Source: Candidatus Sericytochromatia bacterium (lineage in GTDB: Bacteria; Cyanobacteriota; Sericytochromatia; S15B-MN24; JAQBPE01). From it: 64,000 bases of DNA. The DNA is taken from contig JBBAPZ010000001.1 in assembly GCA_040400605.1 (NCBI GenBank), positions 59,981 to 123,980 of the forward strand, read 5' to 3'. The first letter of the stretch is position 1; each line of letters opens with the position of its first letter. The position numbers and the translations under genes were made by a program. Below the pieces are notes generated by a model. It made no database searches. It saw only the letters and a list, made by a program, of their open reading frames with translations, and was not told the origin of the DNA. Positions 25,824 to 36,485 of this stretch are shown here, in pieces.

Positions 25824-28121
25824 TCACTCAATCTGGCCAAGCGCCTGACAGCGTTGGTTACGGGATACCCGCCAGTTAGTGTGGCGATCGCCCACGCCAA
25901 AATGACGCCCATCCGTTTCAATCAACACGGCACCATCCTCATCCGTGCGCTTCACGGCACACTTCAGCCGTGTCAGACGTGCCAGCACCGCGGAATGAGG
26001 ATGCCCAAAGCGATTGCTCGCCCCAACACTGATGATGGCCACCGATGGCTTTAGCGCCTTTAAAAACCCCTCCCCCGAGCTCGTTTTACTGCCATGGTGC
26101 CCCACTTTCAGCACATCCACCGGGCGCAGTGTGCCCTGACGGATTAAACGCGCCTCCCCTTCGCGCTCAAGGTCCCCGGTCAACAAGGCGCGAAAACTTC
26201 CATATTCCGCCTCAACGACCAATGAACCATCATTGCTGGTTCGTGCGGACGGCGGGTGCGACAAGACCCGCAAACAGAGCCCGTCACGTTGCCAAAGATA
26301 ATGTGGCGGGGGCAGGTAAAAAGGCACGCCGCGTAATAGCCAGTTTTGCAGCAGCAACTGTTGCGTATCGTCATTACTGGCCTGTCTGGCTTCCCACGCG
26401 GCTTCGATTGGCAACGCCGCACTCAAGGCACCCAGGCCGCCTGTGTGGTCTTTGTGCGCGTGTGTTGCAACCACCAATGCGATGCTGCGACACCTTTGCT
26501 GACGCAGATACGGCAGCACGATGTTTTTTCCCGCATCGTACCCGTCACCTTTGGGCCCACCATCCATGACAACCCACTCACCGTGTGGGGTTTCCAGTGC
26601 CAGGGCGTCACCTTGTCCAACCGCCAGCACGTGTATCCGTAGCACGGGTGGATTGGGCGGCAGCCACGCAAGCCCATACCCGACGGCAGCGATGGTGCAA
26701 CCAACCAGGCGCGCGTGCCCCTTAGCCAAAAAAGCCAGATACAGCCATGCCACGGTGGCGCCACTGAGACCCTGTATGGTGATCAATTGCCACGCTTGTT
26801 GTGCGCCCAGCCTGACCACGCCGATGAACGCCACGAGCACCCAATGGCTCACAACATTCAATGCGCCTGCAAGCAGGATACTGACATTGCCCAGTGCCGT
26901 CACAATAAAGCCCCATGGAGTGACAAGCCCGATGAGCGGTGCAACCAACCAGTTGATGGGCAAGGCAAGCAAGCTGAGATTGCCAAATAACAACGCCTGC
27001 CAAGGCGTGACCCACAGCCACGCGCAAAAGGGGGTCAAGAAAATCGTCAGCCAACCAGGAGACGCGCGCCCGCGTTGCCACACCGCCAACCTTAACAAGC
27101 CATAAGTTGCAAGGACGCTGAACTGAAATCCCAAATCCTGAAGTGTCAACGGATTCCAGATCAGAATCGCTAGCACGCTTGTGTAAAATGCGGCAAATGG
27201 CACCGTCAATCGGTTTGTGCCCAATGCAAACAGCGCAATGCCACCCATCAAGGTCGAGCGCACCATGCTGGCTGGCGCACCTGTCAACAACAGATAAACC
27301 GTCAACACCAGCAGACCCACAAGCACCCGCGACACCGGCGGGATTCTTAAGCGGGCCCCGCACCACCAGACGCTCGCAGCCAGCAAGCCAACCTGGGTGC
27401 CACTGGCTGCCAATGCGTGCGACAAGCCTGTGCTGCGAAAGTCCTCCGCGAGGTCGTCGGGTACGGCAATTGCGCCAGAACCCAGGATGAGTGAACCAAA
27501 CAGTGCCGCTTCGTGGGATGGCAAGCCGGCCCCGATGATTGGTTGCAGGTGCACGCGCAGTTGATCGATTCTCCGCAAAACGCCCCATCCGGGTTCGACT
27601 CCGCTGTGACGAGCCTCGCGCGCGTGAAGCGTACAATAGAGGCCCTGGCGTGCGAGGTAGGCGGCATAATCAAACGCCCCAGGGTTCATGGCAGGTTGTG
27701 GACGATTCAGGCTGCCGCTAACCGTGAAGCGATCGCCAACCATTGGCGGCTTGCCACCCGGAAACTGAACCCGCACGTATCCGGTCACCACACCCACGCG
27801 GCGTGCGGCGACACCGAGCACCCGCGCGTGGGTGACCCATTGTTCACCCTTTGCCGCCGCCGCAGTGGTTACAACCACTTGCATGGTGACATAGCGCCTG
27901 GGTGCGAACCGCGCAACATCCGTTACAGGCTCTCGCGGTTGATTCACGCCCGTCCACCATGCGGCAAGCGCGATGGCTGTCAGGCCCCAATGCCATCCGC
28001 GCAGAGAAACCCCGGTTGCAAGCCATACCGCGAGCAAGGGTAAGCACTCCCAGCCAATTTGCTGGCCGTACAAGCGTAAGTAAATGCCCAACGCCACACT
28101 TTGGGTCACAAACGCTAACAT
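25824..28121 (-). CDS. comEC: DNA internalization competence protein ComEC/Rec2
   Basis: NPGAFDY, GLSHALAASG, GFQFS, VGQGD, THAHKDH, KVGHHGS, NRFGHP. Confidence 0.92.
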   Translation of the reverse strand: MLAFVTQSVALGIYLRLYGQQIGWECLPLLAVWLATGVSLRGWHWGLTAIALAAWWTGVNQPREPVTDVARFAPRRYVTMQVVVTTAAAAKGEQWVTHARVLGVAARRVGVVTGYVRVQFPGGKPPMVGDRFTVSGSLNRPQPAMNPGAFDYAAYLARQGLYCTLHAREARHSGVEPGWGVLRRIDQLRVHLQPIIGAGLPSHEAALFGSLILGSGAIAVPDDLAEDFRSTGLSHALAASGTQVGLLAASVWWCGARLRIPPVSRVLVGLLVLTVYLLLTGAPASMVRSTLMGGIALFALGTNRLTVPFAAFYTSVLAILIWNPLTLQDLGFQFSVLATYGLLRLAVWQRGRASPGWLTIFLTPFCAWLWVTPWQALLFGNLSLLALPINWLVAPLIGLVTPWGFIVTALGNVSILLAGALNVVSHWVLVAFIGVVRLGAQQAWQLITIQGLSGATVAWLYLAFLAKGHARLVGCTIAAVGYGLAWLPPNPPVLRIHVLAVGQGDALALETPHGEWVVMDGGPKGDGYDAGKNIVLPYLRQQRCRSIALVVATHAHKDHTGGLGALSAALPIEAAWEARQASNDDTQQLLLQNWLLRGVPFYLPPPHYLWQRDGLCLRVLSHPPSARTSNDGSLVVEAEYGSFRALLTGDLEREGEARLIRQGTLRPVDVLKVGHHGSKTSSGEGFLKALKPSVAIISVGASNRFGHPHSAVLARLTRLKCAVKRTDEDGAVLIETDGRHFGVGDRHTNWRVSRNQRCQALGQIE

Positions 28122-28129
28122 GGCAATGG

Positions 28130-28687
28130 CTAGACCGTGAGCATCGGGCGCAAACGCTGCAGCCGCTTGGGACCAATGCCTGGCACTTCCTGCAGCTCAT
28201 CGATCGATGAAAACCCACCGAGTTTTTGTCGGATCGCCATAATACGCCTGGCCATGTTTGGGCCGATGCCAGGCAACTGCTGGAGTACATCTGGCGACGC
28301 CTGGTTGAGGTTGATTTTGGCACCGGGCACCCCGCGTCTGCGATTGCCTCGACGTGCCTTGGTTGGTTTTGAGCGCACGTGGGGACTGACGCCCGTCAAA
28401 CCCGCCGGCGCCGCACCGCGAATGGGGATGTAACAGCGTTCACCATCTTCGAGACGGCGAGCGAGGTTCATGGCTTGCAAGTCGGCGTTTCCGCGCGGGC
28501 CGCCCGCGCGTTGAATGAGTTCAGCGACCCTTGAGCCTGCACTTAAGCGATAAAGCCCGGGACGCGTCACGGCGCCTGTGGCTTGCACTTGAACGTGGGT
28601 TTCCGTGATTGCACACGCGGCAAACGCTGCAGATGCAGGTGCCAATGACCCCCAAATTGCCACCATGACGCGAATCAGCAACACCAT
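28130..28687 (-). CDS. comEA: Competence protein ComEA (SLBB + HhH)
   Basis: GAVTRPGLY SLBB domain; ININQAS-like, LPGIGP and VPGIGPK HhH motifs; GGGAGG RBS before ATG at 28687. Confidence 0.88.
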   Translation of the reverse strand: MVLLIRVMVAIWGSLAPASAAFAACAITETHVQVQATGAVTRPGLYRLSAGSRVAELIQRAGGPRGNADLQAMNLARRLEDGERCYIPIRGAAPAGLTGVSPHVRSKPTKARRGNRRRGVPGAKINLNQASPDVLQQLPGIGPNMARRIMAIRQKLGGFSSIDELQEVPGIGPKRLQRLRPMLTV

Positions 28688-28875
28688 CTCACAACCCTCC
28701 CTTTCAATGACGCCGACGTCATTTTCTTCGAGGGTGCGTAAGGTCTGGTTGCGCCAATTGGCGCGTGCCCGTTGCGAACGGCTCCCTGACACGCGACGGG
28801 AGCCTGCGATGCTAAAACGCGTTGATTGGGCGAGAGCCTGACATCGTTGGGCGGGCGAGCTTTGGGGTGGTCTTT

Positions 28876-30168
28876 TTAGCCGTGGTGACTTTCATCAAGT
28901 GAATCCAGCCACAACGCCAGATGCATCAGGGTGGGGGCAGGTTCTGCTTGTCTGAGGCCGCGGCCAATCTGCATCAAACACGGGGGATTGGCGGTCAAGA
29001 CGATGCTCGCTTGGGTCGCTTGGATGTGTTGCAGTTTGTGTGTGAGCAACTTGTCGGAACGCTCGGCCTGCAACAGGGTGTAACTGCCCGCGCCCCCGCA
29101 GCACCAGTCGGCTTCGACCAATTCGACAAATTCCACGTTCGGCACTTGGCGAATGATCGCGCGGGGCGCTTCTTTGACCTTGAGGCCGTGCACCAAATGA
29201 CAGGGATCGTGCCATGTCACCCGAACAGGCGGCTGGTTTGGGGCAGCCGTCGGCCACTGGATGTCACTTTGAGCGATTAGCGATGAAAAATCAACGACTT
29301 TGGCGGTGAATTGCCGGGCACGTTCGGCCCACTCGGGGTCATCCGCCAACAAGCTGGCGTATTCGTGCAAGGTGGCGCTGCAGCCACCGGAATGACTGAC
29401 GATATGGTCGAGCGGAAAACGTTTCAGAACCGCAAGGTTGTCCCGGGCCAGCGCGCGCGCGCCTTGGCGATCGCCATCGTGTAAATGGATCGCACCGCAG
29501 CAACCCTGCATCGGGGGCACCCACACCCGAAAGCCAGCCTTAGACAATACCCGCACGGTCGCTGCATCCACATCCCCAAAAAAAACAGGCATCGCACAGC
29601 CGTTCATCAGTGCAACAGTTCCTTTTTCGACACCTTGGGCCGGTGTCCATTCAGGCACAGGCACGCGCTTAGGCTTTGGTGGCAGCAATTCGAGCAGTCT
29701 TTTGGCCACCTCTGGCAGCCAAGCGGCCGCAAAGCCTCGTTTAACCAACACGCGCGCGGCCCATAAACCGGGCAAAACAGCCACTTTTAGCCGGTTGCGG
29801 TACGGCAGGATGTGACGCAAAAGCGATCGCCAAAATAACCGACGTGCACCGGGCGGCCGTTGGGGTTCAACAAAACGTTCCCGTGCCATTTCAAGTAACG
29901 TGCCATACTGCACCCCGGCGGGGCACGCCGTTTCACACGCCCGACAGCCGACACAACTGTCCAACTGTGCCGTGGTGCCATCATTGGGGTCCAGTCGACC
30001 TTCCGCCAAGGCCCGTATGCCATAGATCCGCCCACGGGGCGATTCTCCTTCTTTCAGCGATTCGCGGTAGGTCGGACAATGCTCCAAACAGAGTCCACAG
30101 TGAATGCAATCATCATATAGATTGGCAAGGCCAGCCAACGCTGCTGGCGTGTCATCGGTGTCACGCAC
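28876..30168 (-). CDS. glcF: Glycolate oxidase Fe-S subunit
   Basis: CIHCGLCLEHCP, CVGCRACETACP and two CCG domains. Confidence 0.9.
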   Translation of the reverse strand: MRDTDDTPAALAGLANLYDDCIHCGLCLEHCPTYRESLKEGESPRGRIYGIRALAEGRLDPNDGTTAQLDSCVGCRACETACPAGVQYGTLLEMARERFVEPQRPPGARRLFWRSLLRHILPYRNRLKVAVLPGLWAARVLVKRGFAAAWLPEVAKRLLELLPPKPKRVPVPEWTPAQGVEKGTVALMNGCAMPVFFGDVDAATVRVLSKAGFRVWVPPMQGCCGAIHLHDGDRQGARALARDNLAVLKRFPLDHIVSHSGGCSATLHEYASLLADDPEWAERARQFTAKVVDFSSLIAQSDIQWPTAAPNQPPVRVTWHDPCHLVHGLKVKEAPRAIIRQVPNVEFVELVEADWCCGGAGSYTLLQAERSDKLLTHKLQHIQATQASIVLTANPPCLMQIGRGLRQAEPAPTLMHLALWLDSLDESHHG

Positions 30169-30173
30169 CCTTT

Positions 30174-31406
30174 TTAACCTCCTGCCGTACGCCCCGGATT
30201 GAGCACCAATCGCGGATCAAACTGTTGCTTGATTTGCCGCATCAGGCCTTGGGCGGGTTTTGGCTCACCCCATACTGAACCAAGCCCCGATTTCCAGTCT
30301 CCGGGTGCACGTTCAAGCACCCAGTTGCCGCCAAGATCGCGCGTCATCTGTTTGACCTCGTCAATTCCTGCACGAACGGATTCCAGCCGATTGGCCCGCC
30401 ACACTGTGCGAACCACACCCGCACCGACATCAGCCAAAACACCAACAGGACGTGTCGTTGCCATTTGCGTGATCCAATCCGCCAACACCGACACATCACC
30501 CGGACGCACCATCACTTTCAGAACACCATCACCACGCCGCCGGGCTTGCATTGTTTGCTGGATCACCAAACGTGCATCATCTTGCTCATAATGGTCGATG
30601 GCCACGTGAGGAATGTGACGAGCCAAAGCCAAAACTTGCTCCACCTGCCATTGCGTCGCCTCTTGCACACCGGCAAACCCAACCAGCAACACCCACGGCC
30701 CTACACCAAACGGTTCATCCCAAGCAGGATCCCCTTTCACGAGACTGAGCACAGCCGGCTCCAAATCGCCCGTTACCAGGGTTTGGGCGATGGTGCGCGC
30801 GTTGTCCGCCTCAAGCAAACCAATCGCGATCAACCGAACAGACGCCGGTTTGGGCTGCAAGCGCACACAGACAGCGCTCAATACACCCAGTGCACCCAAG
30901 GAACCGGTATAGAGCCTCGGCAAATCATAACCGGCCACGTTTTTAACAACCTGCGCACCGCCTTCGATGCGCCGTCCATCACTGCTTAAGGTTTCACACC
31001 ACAAAATCGCATCGCGTGCCGTGCCATAGCGCATGCGCCAAGGGCCTGCTGCACCTGTGGCAATCGCACCACCAAGCGTTGCGCGCTCCGGTTCTTCCGT
31101 ATCCAATGGCAAACACTGCCCATGCTTTCCCACAAGTTCGTTGACTTCCGCCAAGGTCACACCCACCTGTGCGGTGAGGGTCAATTCTTCCGGCCGAAAG
31201 GCCAACACCCCTTTCAAGAGGGTCAGGTCCAACGCCACATCATAACGGGTCAGGCGATCGCCCCAATCCTGATGCGTGCCGCCACCCCACGGCACCACCG
31301 CCTCGCCGCGTGCGTGGGCGTGACGCAACACCTCCAGTGCCTCCGCCACCTGTTGGACCTGCACGGCATGAGTTGGCGAACGCCCATCAAGCTGATAATC
31401 ACGCAT
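30174..31406 (-). CDS. glcE: Glycolate oxidase FAD-binding subunit
   Basis: ATLGG, VVKNVAGYDL, GSLGALG, FDP..LNPG; lies between glcD and glcF. Confidence 0.85.
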   Translation of the reverse strand: MRDYQLDGRSPTHAVQVQQVAEALEVLRHAHARGEAVVPWGGGTHQDWGDRLTRYDVALDLTLLKGVLAFRPEELTLTAQVGVTLAEVNELVGKHGQCLPLDTEEPERATLGGAIATGAAGPWRMRYGTARDAILWCETLSSDGRRIEGGAQVVKNVAGYDLPRLYTGSLGALGVLSAVCVRLQPKPASVRLIAIGLLEADNARTIAQTLVTGDLEPAVLSLVKGDPAWDEPFGVGPWVLLVGFAGVQEATQWQVEQVLALARHIPHVAIDHYEQDDARLVIQQTMQARRRGDGVLKVMVRPGDVSVLADWITQMATTRPVGVLADVGAGVVRTVWRANRLESVRAGIDEVKQMTRDLGGNWVLERAPGDWKSGLGSVWGEPKPAQGLMRQIKQQFDPRLVLNPGRTAGG

Positions 31407-32829
31407 GATTGACAACTTTTCGGGATTGAGGAAACTCGGCGCAACCGCCGCGCAAAGGCACCAGCTTACCGGGATTGAGGCGTTGATTGGGATCGAACAC
31501 CGCTTTAATCAAGGCCATGCAAGCCAGACTATCGGCATCGAACATCCAGGCGATGTAGGCTTCTTTTTCCACACCCACGCCATGCTCTCCGGTGATGCTT
31601 CCCCCGGCATCCAGGCAGGCCCGCAAAATGGCGGCACTTGCACCATGCACGCGTTGCACCTGGTTTGGGTCCCGTTCATCGAACAAAATGATTGGGTGCA
31701 AATTACCATCACCCGCATGAAACACGTTGCCGATCAACAACCCGAATTCCTCAGCAATGGCCGCAATCCGACGCAAAACCATCGGCAGCTTGGAACGGGG
31801 AATCACCCCATCCTGGGTCACTTTACTGGGTGCTAAACGCCCCACCGCGCCGACCGCTTTTTTGCGCGACTGCCACAGCTTGGCACGATCAGCCGCATCT
31901 TGCGCTTGCCGTAACGACGTCGCACCCTGCGCCGTACACAGTGCCTCGATGCGCGCCTGCAACGCATCAAGCCCGACAGCCACCCCATCGACTTCAACCA
32001 GCAAAACGGCACCCGCATCAGCAGGAAAGCCCACCTGAAAAGCGGCTTCGACCGCTTGCATGATCACGGCATCCATCAACTCCAGCGATGATGGCAAAAT
32101 GCCCGATGCGATAATCGCGCTGACGGCACTCGACGCTGCGTCAATATCCGGAAAAATCGCCAAGGTCGTTCGAATCGCGGCACTCAGTGGAGTCAGTCGA
32201 ACCCACGCCCGCGTGAAAATGCCCAACGTACCTTCGGAACCAATCAACAACGCCAGGAGATCATAACCAACGGGGTCTTCCGTCTCTTCGCCCAACCACA
32301 CAACCGTCCCATCTGCCAAAACCACTTCCGCCGCCAACACGTGATTGACCGTAACGCCGTACTTCAAGGTGTGCGGCCCACCCGCATTCTGGGCCAAATT
32401 TCCACCGATGGTGCAAGCGGACTGCGAACTGGGATCTGGGGCAAACGCCATCCCGTAGGGCTTGAGCGCGTCGTTCAGTGTCAGGTTGACCACGCCAGCA
32501 TCCACCAAGGCGCGTCGATTCGGTGCGTCAATGGTCCAGATGCGGCGCATCCGCGTTAACACCACCATGATGCAGCCTGGGGCAGCCAGCGACCCCCCGG
32601 ATAAACCCGTGCCCGCTCCGCGAGGCACCACGGGGATGTTGTGAGCGAATGCGAAACCAATCACACGCGCAACGGCTTCGGTGGATTCAGGCAACACCAC
32701 CACGCGCGGCACGGCTTTCGCCAGCGTGTAGGCATCGCAATCGTACAGCAACACGTCTTCTTGTCGATGCAAGACGGCATCGACACCCAATATGACTTGG
32801 AGTTGCGTGACGAGATCAGCAAAGGTCAT
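31399..32829 (-). CDS. glcD: Glycolate oxidase subunit GlcD (FAD-linked oxidase)
   Basis: PRGAGTGLSGG, APDPSSQ, GSEGTLG, HAGDGNLHP, GEHGVG. Confidence 0.9.
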   Translation of the reverse strand: MTFADLVTQLQVILGVDAVLHRQEDVLLYDCDAYTLAKAVPRVVVLPESTEAVARVIGFAFAHNIPVVPRGAGTGLSGGSLAAPGCIMVVLTRMRRIWTIDAPNRRALVDAGVVNLTLNDALKPYGMAFAPDPSSQSACTIGGNLAQNAGGPHTLKYGVTVNHVLAAEVVLADGTVVWLGEETEDPVGYDLLALLIGSEGTLGIFTRAWVRLTPLSAAIRTTLAIFPDIDAASSAVSAIIASGILPSSLELMDAVIMQAVEAAFQVGFPADAGAVLLVEVDGVAVGLDALQARIEALCTAQGATSLRQAQDAADRAKLWQSRKKAVGAVGRLAPSKVTQDGVIPRSKLPMVLRRIAAIAEEFGLLIGNVFHAGDGNLHPIILFDERDPNQVQRVHGASAAILRACLDAGGSITGEHGVGVEKEAYIAWMFDADSLACMALIKAVFDPNQRLNPGKLVPLRGGCAEFPQSRKVVNHA

Positions 32830-33046
32830 GTTGTCATTCTAGACGGATTGACCCGGCCTTGTAATGGGCTTAGGCCTCTCGCATCGTTGAAATCTAAAAA
32901 ACAGACCGGCTTTAGGCGCTTAACAGTTTTTTGAAGATCCGCGGTGACCCGTTGTCATCGTGAGCGGCGCGTTCACGATGACAACGTCGTAAGATATGGT
33001 GTCGCATCGGTTTTCTTTAGAATATTGTTTCGTTTAAAAGTGGCCG

Positions 33047-33461
33047 TTGAGCGGACTTGCACACAGAACCAAGCGCAGACCATCGACTTGGTGGCTTTCA
33101 GCACGGGTGCTATCGTCAGTCGTTATTACTGCTAATTCTGGGCTGTCTTCGCCGCACGGCCCATCTTGTCACCATCGCCGCGCCCTATCACGGCACCTTG
33201 GCCGGTTTCTTCGTCAAAGGACCGGCACCGCGCGAGATCCGCACCGGCATTCAGTTTATGGCGCAACTCAACGAAGGCGCTGGTATTTTACGGCGCATTC
33301 CTTGCACGTCTTTGTGGGCCCCTTTTGATGGTGTGATCCTGCCTGCGAGTTCGAGCGTGGTACCGTGGGCACACAATCAAACCTTTTGTGCGCCCACACA
33401 CGCAGACATGCTGGGCGATCGCGATGTTCAGGCCTCCGTGGCTGCAGCATTGCGACGCTGA
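33047..33461 (+). pseudogene. Frameshifted, 5'-truncated lipase/esterase (alpha/beta hydrolase)
   Basis: IDLVAFSTGAIVSRYY in one frame stops at 33135; the lipase continuation HLVTIAAPYHGT...FDGVILPASSS...HADML is in another frame; no N-terminal part found upstream. Confidence 0.75.
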
Positions 33462-33905
33462 CACGCGCGAACCAGAGGCATAATCGTGCGTTAAAGTTCG
33501 AATCAAACCCAGTTGTCACCACGGCTGATTGTTCGTTGCACATTCGGTGTATCGATGCGTGCACCACCATGCGGCCCAATCTTTGCGTCATGGATAGGAA
33601 ACGGTTGTCTAATTGACTTGATCAGATGCTGCCAGTTCAAGGCGGGATAACCCGGATGCCAATTGTGTATGTTTAAAGTGAGTACCCTTGGCCTGCGAGG
33701 TGGAAAACGGGTTCAGGCACTCACGTGCTGTCACCCAATAAATGATTAACTCAAAAAGCGCTGACATGGTTTCCAGGGCTTTTCGCCCCTAACTGTTGAA
33801 TACCCGTTGAAGAGAGTCGACGGGCACGGTTTCTTTGTGCGAACCATCAATTACGCTAAAAAAACATTAACCTTATCTAAGTTTTCGACGATAAGATGTT
33901 AAGTT

Positions 33906-33956
33906 TATTGTTTTGAAGCAAGTTTTAACAGTTTTAAAACATACTTCAAAACAGTA
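33906..33956. promoter_or_regulatory. AT-rich imperfect inverted repeat upstream of the heme lipoprotein gene
   Basis: TATTGTTTTGAAG...GTTTTAA-CAGTT-TTAAAAC...CTTCAAAACAGTA. Confidence 0.5.
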
Positions 33957-33985
33957 TCGCGTCCATCAACATTAAGGATTGAATT

Positions 33986-35197
33986 ATGTTTAAAAAGGTA
34001 TTGAGATGGCTTGTCGTTCCTGCCGTGTCGGCTGCACTGACGGGCTGTCAGACTTCCGCCCCGACTTTGCAACAGTCAACAGATGTGACATCGATGGCGG
34101 GAGATTTCGACACCCCTCATCCAGATGACATTCGGGTACTTCCAACGTTACGTGACGGCAAGCGCAGGCTCCAGGCCATTCCGGTGAGCGAGGTCGACCC
34201 TGCGCGTTCCTTATTAGTGAGAAACCTTCGCGTGGTGAATGATCCGGTACGAACAGCCGCGGGTGGCGCCTGGCATTTTGGTACCCTCATCAAGCGCATG
34301 TGTGGTACCCATAACCCCTCTACGTTTACGACGGAATGGTTGAACACCTGGAAAACCGAGCAAACGATCAAAGGTCATACAATCGCTGCTCGTGCAGCGA
34401 TTGATAGCTTGGTGATCACGCCTTGGCTTAGGGCGAGCGGGGGGGCAGTCTTAAATCTTGATAGAGCGCCTTTTCGGTTGCTTGCGATCGTGAATCGCGT
34501 TGATCTCCGGACAGCGGGTAACTATGGGGAGGGGCGCTTCATATACGGCGTTCTCGACGGCAGTGGCAACCCGACGCCGTTTACTGTCATTCTTGAATAT
34601 GGTATCCCCAGTTCCTTGGCACCGGATCTGAAAACATGGGCGACGCGATGGCAGAATCTGGCGAACTTGCCGGTTGGTACTGAAAACTATAACCGCGCCC
34701 TGCAAACGATCACCGATTCGTTCACTATGGCGGGGGCAAACCCAAACAAGCCAAATGGCAGCGCACTGAATCAGTTGCGAACCAACGAAATCGCACTTGG
34801 CTCGCCGTGGGAGCTGCGTGAGTTTAGAATCGCAGCACAAGGGCGTATGCGACACCGGCCCACACAGCAAACACCACGTCAATCGCTCAACAACACGCAA
34901 GAACTCGCCACATTTATCAATGCCAATGAGTCGGCCATCTTAAACGACAAACACGTGGTGCCTCCGTCGATGTTGGGTGGGAGTTCGCTTGACCTCGGGC
35001 CGTGGACAGCGCCCGGTGTCAGTGAAGACGTGCGAGCAGCATTTGCCACCGCTACGTGCATCGGTTGTCACACAGGCGAGACCGGAACACGCTTCACCCA
35101 CGTCACACCGAGATTGCGAGGAGCCGAATCAACCATATCGACCTTCCTGGAAATGAAACTGAGGTCACGTGCTCAGGATTTTGCAAGCTTGCTCTAA
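33986..35197 (+). CDS. Uncharacterised lipoprotein with one C-terminal CxxCH (putative c-type cytochrome)
   Basis: Lipobox LTGC; FRLLAIVNRVDL, GEGRFIYG, QLRTNE and WELREF blocks; CIGCH near the C-terminus. Confidence 0.75.
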   Translation: MFKKVLRWLVVPAVSAALTGCQTSAPTLQQSTDVTSMAGDFDTPHPDDIRVLPTLRDGKRRLQAIPVSEVDPARSLLVRNLRVVNDPVRTAAGGAWHFGTLIKRMCGTHNPSTFTTEWLNTWKTEQTIKGHTIAARAAIDSLVITPWLRASGGAVLNLDRAPFRLLAIVNRVDLRTAGNYGEGRFIYGVLDGSGNPTPFTVILEYGIPSSLAPDLKTWATRWQNLANLPVGTENYNRALQTITDSFTMAGANPNKPNGSALNQLRTNEIALGSPWELREFRIAAQGRMRHRPTQQTPRQSLNNTQELATFINANESAILNDKHVVPPSMLGGSSLDLGPWTAPGVSEDVRAAFATATCIGCHTGETGTRFTHVTPRLRGAESTISTFLEMKLRSRAQDFASLL

Positions 35198-35411
35198 GAC
35201 CAGTCAGCATTTTGACTGTTGCTGATTTAAGTGAAAACCCGTGCGATCAGATTCCAATGCGTGGCGCAGTGGTTCACCTGGTGCGTACGGGTTTACGCCA
35301 TACCTCGGTGGCGCCGCAAGATATGACGATGTCCGCTAAGGAAGCATCGCGTTAGCGCCACGAGGCTGTTTGGATAATCGTTGCTTGTGACGACGCGCGC
35401 AACCTGACATT

Positions 35412-35512
35412 ATACGGTGACGCATGGTTGGTGTTCAAAATTTGTGTAGCAAACTCAAAAACAGTCCGCACTGGCGTGTTGTTATTCACCAATCAGCCAG
35501 AATTTGATCACC
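35412..35512. repeat. Dispersed ~100-bp intergenic repeat, copy 3
   Basis: Shares ATACGGTGACGCAT, TGTGTAGCAAACT, CACTGGC and AATTTGATCACC with copy 1. Confidence 0.75.
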
Positions 35513-35569
35513 AATCAGCGCGCGCCTGTATAAGTCATTTTCGGTCAATCTTGCTACCGGCGAACGGAT

Positions 35570-36466
35570 TTATAATGTCCACCCCATCGGCGAATCGGAA
35601 CCCGTTAACACGCGAATGTCTCCTCGCACCGTGTCGATCTGAATACGCCGCACCGCACGCTGCCCCGTCGCAAGCGGGCCTCTCACCAGGCCCGTGAACC
35701 CAGGCACATCCTCCGGGTGGTCGCTCTGGGACAAGATGCCATCGCAATTAAACGTGCCATTGACCGTGTGAGCCTCCAATTCGCCTAAAAACGTTGGGGC
35801 GAGGCGCAACGCAACGTTGCCGCGGTTGCTCTTGAGCATCACATCACTGTCCGCGCGAGAGGCTGTGATGGTGCCGGATTGAGAATCCGCAAAAAGATCC
35901 CCTGATACGCCCTCGACGGTGATGGCCCCGCGTTCCGTCGTCAGTTGGGCCCAACCGGTCAAGTCGCTGACCCGTATGTCTCCCTCCCGCAGTCGTATTC
36001 GCAGGCGTCCATTCAAGCCGTGCGCAAGCACGGGGCCCTTCTCTTGCTCGACCAGAACGCAGGTATCTTCCGGTACCGCCAACACGTAATCAAGCGCCCC
36101 ATCCCCAATGGCGGGCGCTTTATCCCCCACAGACCACCGTGCCTGGATATCCACCTGATTGGGCGCAGCTTCCTTGACATCGACCGCGGCGTCCAGTAGC
36201 CACGTCTGGCGCGCGGGAGGCCCAGCGAATCGCTTGACGGCCCGCACGACGATCGCACGTTGCTTCCAGCGCTTAATCGCGACTGAACCTTGTGGATTCC
36301 GCAAAGACACGGTGACACTGCCTGGCTGGGTGACGGTGATGACACGCGAAAACTCAGAACGAACGGGTATCGGGCGCACGGAGGCCGAAATGGGCCCGGC
36401 GGTGGCCGTCCAAACTGGGTGGGTCATCACAAACGCGCAGGTAAGCAAGGCCGACACGCGGAGCAC
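35570..36466 (-). CDS. DUF4097-like beta-strand repeat protein
   Basis: Signal peptide, repeated G-x-I/V-x-V units (GDIRV, GAITV, GTITA, GNVAL); AGGAGG RBS before GTG. Confidence 0.75.
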   Translation of the reverse strand: MLRVSALLTCAFVMTHPVWTATAGPISASVRPIPVRSEFSRVITVTQPGSVTVSLRNPQGSVAIKRWKQRAIVVRAVKRFAGPPARQTWLLDAAVDVKEAAPNQVDIQARWSVGDKAPAIGDGALDYVLAVPEDTCVLVEQEKGPVLAHGLNGRLRIRLREGDIRVSDLTGWAQLTTERGAITVEGVSGDLFADSQSGTITASRADSDVMLKSNRGNVALRLAPTFLGELEAHTVNGTFNCDGILSQSDHPEDVPGFTGLVRGPLATGQRAVRRIQIDTVRGDIRVLTGSDSPMGWTL

Positions 36467-36485
36467 AGTGACCCTCCTTTCATAT

